From IMG/VR virus record IMGVR_UViG_2706794665_000009: a DNA stretch of 13,680 nt; one strand, 5' to 3'. Below are positions 7,172-13,680 of this stretch, one piece after another; within the stretch, counting starts at the first letter, position 1; each line of letters begins with the position of its first letter. The position numbers and the translations under genes are program-made. This DNA is from a virus (Duplodnaviria; Heunggongvirae; Uroviricota; Caudoviricetes). Below the pieces are notes generated by a model. The model was not told the DNA's origin and searched no databases. It saw nothing but the letters and a program-made list of their open reading frames with translations.

Positions 7172-10100
7172 ATGACAGTAAAAATTTCTGGCGTGCTTAA
7201 AGATGGCACAGGAAAACCAGTACAGAACTGCACCATTGTGCTGAAGGCCAGACGAACCAGCAGCACGGTGGTGGTGAACACGGTGGCCTCTGAAAATCCG
7301 GATGAAGCCGGACGTTACAGCATGGATGTTGAGCATGGTCAGTACAGCGTCACCCTGCTGGTTGAAGGTTTTCCGCCTTCACATGCCGGGACCATTACCG
7401 TCTATGAAGGTTCCAGATCAGGTACGCTGAATGATTTTCTCGGTGCCATGACGGAGGATGATGTCCGACCGGAGGCACTGCGCCGCTTTGAGCAGATGGT
7501 GGAAGAGGTGTCACGTAACGCCTCCGCGGTTGCACAGAATACGGCAGCCGCGAAAAAATCAGCCAGCGATGCCAGTGCATCAGCCAGCGAGGCGGCAACT
7601 CATGCAACCGATGCTGCAGCCTCAGCACGTGCCGCCAGCACGTCAGCCGGACAGGCCGCGTCGTCGGCTCAGTCAGCGTCTTCCAGCGCAGGAACGGCAT
7701 CGACAAAGACCCGTGAAGCAGCAAAAAGTGCTGCTGCTGCAGAGTCATCAAAAAGCGCGGCAGCTACCAGCGCCAGTGCCGCGAAAACGTCAGAAACGAA
7801 TGCCGCAGCATCACAAAAATCGGCAGCCACTTCTGCATCCACAGCGACCACGAAGGCGTCAGAAGCTGCCACCTCGGCACGGGGTGCGGCGGCCTCAAAA
7901 GAGGCAGCGAAATCTTCAGAAACGAATGCATCATCAAGTGCCAGTAGTGCAGCTTCCTCGGCAACGGCGGCAGGAAATTCCGCGAAGGCGGCAAAAACGT
8001 CCGAGACGAACNNNNNNNNNNNNNNNNNNNNNNNNNNNNNNNNNNNNNNNNNNNNNNNNNNNNNNNNNNNNNNNNNNNNNNNNNNNNNNNNNNNNNNNNN
8101 NNNNNNNNNNNNNNNNNNNNNNNNNNNNNNNNNNNNNNNNNNNNNNNNNNNNNNNNNNNNNNNNNNNNNNNNNNNNNNNNNNNNNNNNNNNNNNNNNNNN
8201 NNNNNNNNNNNNNNNNNNNNNNNNNNNNNNNNNNNNNNNNNNNNNNNNNNNNNNNNNNNNNNNNNNNNNNNNNNNNNNNNNNNNNNNNNNNNNNNNNNNN
8301 NNNNNNNNNNNNNNNNNNNNNNNNNNNNNNNNNNNNNNNTGCTTCAAAAGATGAGGCGACCAGACAAGCGTCAGCAGCGAAAGGTAGTGCCACGACAGCA
8401 ACAACGAAAGCATCAGAGGCGGCAGGCAGTGCGACGGCTGCATCTCAGAGCAAAGTTGCTGCTGAATCCGCGGCAACGCGCGCCGAGACAGCAGCAAAAC
8501 GGGCAGAGGATATTGCATCCGCCGTGGCGCTGGAGGATGCGAGCACGACGAAAAAGGGGATAGTACAGCTCAGCAGTGCAACAAACAGCACCAGTGAAAA
8601 GCTGGCGGCAACGCCAAAGGCAGTTAAAACTGTTAAAGATAGTTCAGTTCAAAAAACTGGCGACACAATGGGAGGGCAGTTAAAAATCAGCACGATAAAT
8701 GCTCTTCGAATATTCAACCAAGCCTTTGGCCTTATTTTTAGGCGTTCCGAAGATCATCTTCATCTTATTCCGACTAATGAAGGGGAGGGGGAAAATGGAG
8801 ACATCGGTTCATTAAGACCATTCTCTATAAACTTAAGATCAGGGTTGGTGTCCATCGGTAATGGACTAAAAGTTGGTGGTAGTGTTACTGGTAATTTGAC
8901 CGGAAACGCAGATACTGCGACCAAGATCAAGACAGCACGTAAGATTGGGGGCGTGGCATTTGATGGATCGGCAGATATCAACTTGCCTGGAGTCAACGCT
9001 ACCGGTAATCAAAACACTACAGGTAATGCTGCGACCGCCACGAAACTTCAGGCAGCCAGAACGATTAACGGTGTGTCATTTGATGGTAGTGCAAATATCA
9101 CATTGACCCCTTCAAATATTGGGGCATTGGCATTAACTGGAGGGACTCTTTCAGGTGGTTTAACTGCTGCTGGTGAGGTTATTTCAAGGTCAGCAAATGG
9201 TCTGCGTATTGCCTATGGCAACTATGGATTCTTTATCCGAAATGATGGATCAAACACATATTTTATGTTGACAGATTCGGGTAACAGTCTTGGTACGCAC
9301 AATAGCTTAAGGCCGTTTATAATTAGTAACCATACTGGCAATGTTACAATTGCAACTAAATTAAACGCGAGTGGTGGTATCACTGGATCTTTATCGGGTA
9401 ATGCAAGCACAGCAACCAAATTGCAAACTGCAAGGACAATTAACGGCGTAAAATTTGACGGCTCGGCAAATATTGAAGCGTTTCCGCCAGGTGTTCCGCT
9501 GCCGTGGCCATCAGATACACCACCTGCAGGTTATGCAATCATGCAGGGGCAGACGTTTGATAAGGCAGCATATCCGAAACTGGCTATTGCCTATCCTTCA
9601 GGTGTTATTCCAGATATGCGCGGCTGGACAATCAAGGGCAAACCCGCCAGTGGCCGGGCCGTATTGTCTCAGGAACAGGACGGCATAAAATCGCACACCC
9701 ACAGCGCCAGCGCATCCAGTACGGATTTGGGGACGAAAACCACATCGTCGTTTGATTACGGCACTAAATCCACGAATAACACCGGGGCGCATACGCACAG
9801 TCTGAGTGGCTCTACGGGGTCTGCCGGTGTTCATACTCATGGTAATGGTATTCGTTGGCCAGGAGGCGGCGGTTCTGCGTTAGCATTTTATGATGGCGGT
9901 GGGTTCACTTATGTCCAGAATTCACAGTATCAAGTAAGCCCGGAGACTTCTTCCTATAGATCGTATTATCAACGTATTCAGACACAGTCAGCAGGTGCTC
10001 ATACCCACTCGCTGTCTGGTACTGCAGCAAGTTCTGGCGCACATGCACATACTGTAGGTATTGGTGCGCATACGCACTCCGTTGCGATTGGTTCACATGG

Positions 10101-10185
10101 ACACACCATCACCGTTAACGCTGCGGGTAACGCGGAAAACACCGTCAAAAACATCGCATTTAACTATATTGTGAGGCTTGCATAA
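7172..10185 (+). CDS. stf: Side tail fibre protein Stf; interrupted by an N-run (8012-8339) with a reading-frame change across it
   Basis: N-terminus [28 protein letters not shown]... and the Ala/Ser/Thr-rich repetitive region match lambda Stf as recalled. After the gap the product continues in a different frame (codons from 8341; track ORF 8524..10185) with ...[42 protein letters not shown]..., three tail-fibre repeats (TATKLxxARxIxGVxFDGSAxI) and a His-x-His-rich tip ending ...[22 protein letters not shown]. Confidence 0.88.
8012..8339. other. Unresolved sequence (328 N) inside the repetitive part of stf
   Basis: Run of N; length is not a multiple of 3, and the stf frame differs on either side. 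Confidence 1.
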
Positions 10186-10769
10186 TGGCATTCAGAATGA
10201 GTGAACAAGCACGGACCATAAAAATTTATAATCTGCTGGCCGGAACTAATGAATTTATTGGTGAAGGTGACGCATATATTCCGCCTCATACAGGTCTGCC
10301 AGCAAACAGTACCGATATTGCACCACCAGATATTCCTGCTGGCTTTGTGGCTGTTTTCAACAGTGATGAGGCATCGTGGCATCTCGTTGAAGACCATCGG
10401 GGGAAAACGGTTTATGACGTAGCGTCAGGGGACGAGTTATTTATTTCTGAACTCGGTCCGTTACCGGAAAATGTTACCTGGTTATCGCCGGAAGGGGAGT
10501 TTCAGAAGTGGAACGGCACAGCCTGGGTGAAGGATACGGAAGCAGAAAAACTGTTCCGGATCCGGGAGGCGGAAGAAACAAAAAACAACCTGATGCAGGT
10601 AGCCAGTGAGCATATTGCGCCGCTTCAGGATGCTGCAGATCTGGAAATTGCAACGGAGGAAGAAACCTCATTGCTGGAAGCCTGGAAAAAGTATCGGGTG
10701 TTGCTGAACCGTGTTGATACATCAACTGCACCTGATATTGAGTGGCCTACGAACCCTGTCAGGGAGTAA
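10185..10769 (+). CDS. tfa: Tail fibre assembly protein Tfa
   Basis: 194-aa ORF ([44 protein letters not shown]...) near-identical to lambda Tfa as recalled; start overlaps the stf stop (TAATG). Confidence 0.93.
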   Translation: MAFRMSEQARTIKIYNLLAGTNEFIGEGDAYIPPHTGLPANSTDIAPPDIPAGFVAVFNSDEASWHLVEDHRGKTVYDVASGDELFISELGPLPENVTWLSPEGEFQKWNGTAWVKDTEAEKLFRIREAEETKNNLMQVASEHIAPLQDAADLEIATEEETSLLEAWKKYRVLLNRVDTSTAPDIEWPTNPVRE

Positions 10770-10818
10770 TCATTGGGATTATGCCGCAGCACGTCTTAAG
10801 CAAGAACGTGCTGCGGTT
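10608..10818 (+). repeat. Direct repeat copy A (~211 bp): tfa 3' end plus ~50 bp downstream including a hairpin
   Basis: Aligns without gaps across the coding part to 11657-11868 at roughly 85-90% identity by eye, with scattered substitutions. Confidence 0.85.
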
Positions 10819-10832
10819 GGATGCTATTTTTT
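10783..10832 (+). terminator. Intrinsic terminator downstream of tfa (11-bp stem plus T-run), convergent with the methyltransferase 3' end
   Basis: ccgcagcacgt (10784-10794), loop cttaagcaaga, acgtgctgcgg (10806-10816), then tggatgcTATTTTTT. Confidence 0.55.
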
Positions 10833-11492
10833 CCCTGAAGCGGAAAACATTACTACAGTACCTTGAACCTTGGTTTTAACATTCTCGAAATGCTCTGAGA
10901 GTATATGTGTTAAGCCTTCTTCGGAATCTTTTGTGTTTGAAAAGATGCCTTTCTGATTGTAAATGCGCATCAGTTTTTGACCGAAGCTATTGTGCACAAC
11001 TCCATCGCCAAGAATTGTGGCTCCGTATAGAGTTCCATCGTCAGTTAAGGCCTGCGCCGCATTGCGTATTACACAGCTTTTTGTAGATATATTTCCAGGC
11101 AGGCAGTGAAGAAGGTAAAACATGGAAATGGAATCAAATTGACCATGTAACGCCGCGGGATAAGGTTCAAAAACATCATGGCTAATTTTATGTTTAATTT
11201 TTGATTCCCCAGCCCTTGTAGATGCCGCGTTCAGGCTAGCTTCGTTCAAATCCATTAAAGATATCAGACTACTCTCAGGTACGTGAGTAAGGTAAAACCC
11301 AGTTCCAACACCAATATCCAGATGGTTGTTACCTAAATGTTCCAGAAAGTGTGGAAGAAGGTGTTCCTTTGTAGGACATCCCCATGCAAGCCGATTTGAT
11401 ACTCCCAAAACCCACCAGTCATAAAGCTTTAGGGTAAGTGGTGTGTAAATTTTAGCCCCATCATCTGTGTTTTTTTTCATTGATTTCACCAT
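10824..11492 (-). CDS. Class I (Rossmann-fold) SAM-dependent methyltransferase, substrate unknown; AT-rich moron
   Basis: 222-aa ORF on the - strand with motif I (HLDIGVGTGFY), a downstream acidic motif (LISLMDLNEA) and motif II-like FDSISMFYLLHCLP. No DPPY/NPPY or PCQ motif, so not an obvious DNA methyltransferase. Visibly more AT-rich than the flanking tail genes. A second ATG at 11480 (MKKNTDDG...) has a better SD-like GGTGA and may be the true start. Confidence 0.8.
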   Translation of the reverse strand: MVKSMKKNTDDGAKIYTPLTLKLYDWWVLGVSNRLAWGCPTKEHLLPHFLEHLGNNHLDIGVGTGFYLTHVPESSLISLMDLNEASLNAASTRAGESKIKHKISHDVFEPYPAALHGQFDSISMFYLLHCLPGNISTKSCVIRNAAQALTDDGTLYGATILGDGVVHNSFGQKLMRIYNQKGIFSNTKDSEEGLTHILSEHFENVKTKVQGTVVMFSASGKK

Positions 11493-11548
11493 GTTATAGT
11501 TTTATTTGTGAATTAAATCAATTATGGCGATGAATTACAAGGGGTTAA

Positions 11549-11818
11549 ATGCTGCCGCAGCATAGCGATATTGAAATAGCCTGGTATGCTTCGATACAGC
11601 AGGAGCCGAATGGCTGGAAGACCGTCACCACACAGTTCTACATCCAGGAATTCAGTGAGTATATTGCGCCACTGCAGGATGCAGTAGATCTGGAAATCGC
11701 AACGGAGGAAGAAAGATCGTTGCTGGAGGCATGGAATAAATATCGGGTATTGTTGAATCGTGTTGATACATCAACTGCACCTGATATTGAGTGGCCTGCA
11801 AATCCTGTCAGGGAGTAA
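11549..11818 (+). CDS. Tfa-like C-terminal domain ORF (89 aa), probably a remnant of a second tfa allele
   Basis: C-terminal 55 aa (...[53 protein letters not shown]) are homologous to the Tfa C-terminus at 10605-10769; the N-terminal 34 aa are unrelated to the Tfa N-terminus. Confidence 0.5.
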   Translation: MLPQHSDIEIAWYASIQQEPNGWKTVTTQFYIQEFSEYIAPLQDAVDLEIATEEERSLLEAWNKYRVLLNRVDTSTAPDIEWPANPVRE

Positions 11819-11868
11819 TCATTGGGATTATGCCGCAGATACGTCGTATGCAGGAACGTGCTGCGGTT
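11657..11868 (+). repeat. Direct repeat copy B (~212 bp), partner of 10608-10818
   Basis: Same as copy A; homology ends at ...gaacgtgctgcggtt in both copies. Confidence 0.85.
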
Positions 11869-11932
11869 AGTTTGTGAGCTTTCGATAGTGGTTGTTATTT
11901 TTGCCCTTATTTGTTCCGGAGGCCATGGTTCA

Positions 11933-12103
11933 ATGGTCCGTCTGCCCCCTGTGGTGATGTCAGCAAAATCAGCCACTGCGCGAACCACAATAGCCCGGGA
12001 AGATGCTGAAGATCACCAGGTAAAGCTGTCAGCGCAGAAACTGGAAGAACTGCTCGCATCAATGGTTAAGGATGAGGTTGATCGCAATGATGGGATTTAT
12101 TGA
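11933..12103 (+). CDS. Hypothetical small protein (56 aa), low confidence
   Basis: ATG at 11933 (MVRLPPVVMSAKSATARTTIAREDAEDHQVKLSAQKLEELLASMVKDEVDRNDGIY) with GGAGG 10 nt upstream; the same frame stays open for 29 more codons after the TGA at 12101-12103, ending at TAA 12191-12193. No recognisable family. Confidence 0.2.
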   Translation: MVRLPPVVMSAKSATARTTIAREDAEDHQVKLSAQKLEELLASMVKDEVDRNDGIY

Positions 12104-12229
12104 CGTCAGCGAGAGCAGAAGGAAGAACTGAATAACCTGAATGATTTACGCTCAATCAGAGCGATGGCGATTAGCGGCAATCACGCTCGATAAAATTAAC
12201 CTCGGTGATCATCCGGGGTTTTGCATTCA

Positions 12230-12459
12230 TTAAAACCGCATCAACCTTTCCACCAATTGTTCTTTACGGGCAACGATCCACCCATGTTGCTCCAGATAAA
12301 ATTTAAACCGTTCCAGAGTGCATACCATCGCATCGGCGGGGACTTTTTCTGTGAACTCGACCTGACCGTGTTTATCGAAGTGGATCAGTAATGCGCATCC
12401 ATTATTTGGGGCGGGGGAGTTTTGTGCTGCAGGAGGACGTTTGTGGAGTTCTTCTTCCA
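12230..12459 (-). CDS. C-terminal ORF fragment on the - strand emerging from the N-run; possibly the 3' part of the Rha-like gene
   Basis: Open frame ...IHFDKHGQVEFTEKVPADAMVCTLERFKFYLEQHGWIVARKEQLVERLMRF with stop (complement of 12230-12232). It is in a different frame from the Rha-like 5' part if the gap is exactly 270 nt. Confidence 0.3.
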
Positions 12460-12729
12460 NNNNNNNNNNNNNNNNNNNNNNNNNNNNNNNNNNNNNNNNN
12501 NNNNNNNNNNNNNNNNNNNNNNNNNNNNNNNNNNNNNNNNNNNNNNNNNNNNNNNNNNNNNNNNNNNNNNNNNNNNNNNNNNNNNNNNNNNNNNNNNNNN
12601 NNNNNNNNNNNNNNNNNNNNNNNNNNNNNNNNNNNNNNNNNNNNNNNNNNNNNNNNNNNNNNNNNNNNNNNNNNNNNNNNNNNNNNNNNNNNNNNNNNNN
12701 NNNNNNNNNNNNNNNNNNNNNNNNNNNNN
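12460..12729. other. Unresolved sequence (270 N) inside the Rha-like gene region
   Basis: Run of N. Confidence 1.
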
Positions 12730-13007
12730 CCAGTAAATCCCATTACGAGGAACATGAAGCCGTCTTTTGTGATCAGGTAGCATCGTGATTCACGTTCTGC
12801 GCCGTTGCCAATTTCGACAGTCTGAACATCGGCCGAAAAGTTGGCTGATGTAAATTCGGGAGAGCAGTCGAGTGTGTCAATCTTAGCTAAAACGTGTTTA
12901 TGTTGTTTATCGAAGTAGTCGGCAACAGCTTGAGAGGTGGTAACCAGGCGACCATCTTTGAAAAAGACTTTTGGTGACTCGTTAGAAAAAGTTATAGCTG
13001 TATTCAT
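12730..13007 (-). CDS. Phage regulatory protein, Rha family (antirepressor-like), N-terminal part; 3' end in the N-run
   Basis: ATG at 13007 (- strand) preceded by GGAG with 9-nt spacing; product MNTAITFSNESPKVFFKDGRLVTTSQAVADYFDKQHKHVLAKIDTL...CYLITKDGFMFLVMGFT resembles the Rha/pRha N-terminal domain as I remember it. Confidence 0.6.
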
Positions 13008-13032
13008 ATGTGATGACTCCAATTAATTGGAT

Positions 13033-13066
13033 GATCACCACCTCTGACGCCAATCAGGGAGGTGGT
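13033..13066. repeat. 10-bp perfect inverted repeat with 14-nt spacer, 26 bp upstream of the Rha-like start (candidate operator or 5' UTR hairpin)
   Basis: tcaccacctc (13033-13042) and gaggtggtga (13057-13066) are exact reverse complements. Confidence 0.45.
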
Positions 13067-13582
13067 GAGACGTACAGGGTTGGCGTAACCGGTCATCACA
13101 AAACCCGGCGCGGATTTCTCCGCCCCTGCACGCCCCACCATAATGCGAATGTGGCAATGCTTAACGCAAAAAAAACCGCAAACGCGGCTATGCGTTGTGA
13201 TGTTATCCGAGACGCCAATCCCGACAACCGATTTTGCGGTTGTGTGAGGAATATAGCCCCGGAGAACAAAAACTGTCAACGGGCAAAAAAATTTCCGTTA
13301 TCAGGAATGTATAAAATTAAAGCGATCGAGCAAAAAATCCTTTCTGCAAAACTAAAAAAGATTTCAATAAAATCAGGCAGTTAAAAACACGGAAAACGGT
13401 ATAAAAAAGCGCCTCAAAATCCTGTTTTTTCTTTCAGATACAATGTCTTATTGCATTTTTTAAAACATGTCAGTGTGGTACATGGATATCGATACCATCG
13501 CCAATTATAAACTGGGCGGTGCACAGCAACATGATAGCGTACGCCTCGATCCGTGGGTGTTTATGTTCTCAGCAGGATATCG

Positions 13583-13680
13583 GGTAATGACTCCAACTTA
13601 TTGATAGTGTTTTATGTTCAGATAATGCCCGATGACTTTGTCATGCAGCTCCACCGATTTTGAGAACGACAGCGACTTCC
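13583..13680 (-). mobile_element. IS1 insertion sequence, terminal 98 bp (right end, inverted orientation); remainder lies beyond the window
   Basis: From 13583 the + strand reads GGTAATGACTCCAACTTATTGATAGTGTTTTATG..., the reverse complement of the IS1 right terminal inverted repeat as recalled; the - strand encodes the InsB C-terminus. Confidence 0.9.
13598..13680 (-). CDS. insB: IS1 transposase InsB, C-terminal fragment (5' part outside the window)
   Basis: - strand translation ...KSLSFSKSVELHDKVIGHYLNIKHYQ with stop (complement of 13598-13600), matching the InsB C-terminus as recalled. Confidence 0.85.
   Translation of the reverse strand, partial: KSLSFSKSVELHDKVIGHYLNIKHYQ

Noticed and set aside
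7395-8518. Alternative-frame and antisense ORFs across the stf repeat region (7395..7751, 7458..8354, 7669..7872, 7764..8393, 7934..8518)
   Set aside because: Artefacts of the repetitive GC-rich Ala/Ser-coding region and of N-runs translated as X.
10608-11868. Diversity-generating retroelement (template/variable repeat pair) targeting the tail fibre chaperone
   Set aside because: The two repeat copies differ by scattered substitutions of all types (C/T, G/A, T/G, A/T), not by changes confined to adenine positions of one copy; no reverse transcriptase ORF is nearby.
10185-11870. Invertible tail-fibre segment of the Gin/Pin/Cin type
   Set aside because: The duplicated tfa 3' ends are in direct, not inverted, orientation; no serine invertase gene and no crossover-site-like sequence was seen.
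11638-11988. - strand ORF 11638..11988 (116 aa)
   Set aside because: Antisense to the tfa-like repeat copy; no start context or recognisable features.
13010-13384. + strand ORF 13010..13384 (124 aa) and - strand ORF 13004..13279
   Set aside because: Low-complexity Lys/Ala/Asn-rich products in an AT-rich intergenic region, overlapping the Rha-like start and its leader palindrome; no SD.
13023-13582. tRNA or tmRNA 3' fragment marking an attR site
   Set aside because: No T-arm-like GTTCGAATC/GTTCAAATC motif or CCA-proximal acceptor stem was found by eye; the prophage boundary remains unassigned.
1-13680. CRISPR array or other short tandem spacer-repeat structure
   Set aside because: No regularly spaced short direct repeats; the only repeats are the tfa duplication, the stf coding repeats and isolated hairpins.

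Overview
This window is the distal tail and tail-fibre module of a lambda-like siphophage, most likely a prophage in an E. coli/Shigella-type chromosome. On the + strand the gene order is H (C-terminal end), M, L, K, I, J, lom, stf, tfa, with lambda-style overlapping stop/start junctions (ATGA, TGATG, TAATG). Protein identities were recognised from memory of phage lambda and were not verified by any search. Downstream of tfa lies accessory cargo: an AT-rich class I SAM-dependent methyltransferase on the - strand, bracketed by two direct copies of the tfa 3' end, then a Rha-family regulator on the - strand, an AT-rich A-tract region, and the terminal 98 bp of an inverted IS1 at the window edge. 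The most unusual observations are (1) a ~340 bp AT-rich insert between I and J carrying a sigma70-like promoter and intrinsic terminator for a ~95 nt non-coding RNA on the - strand, (2) an in-frame TAG that interrupts J at 3540-3542, and (3) the methyltransferase cassette. Three N-runs (1807-2055, 8012-8339, 12460-12729) interrupt K/I, stf and the Rha-like gene, so those genes cannot be fully resolved. No CRISPR array, rRNA or tRNA was seen.
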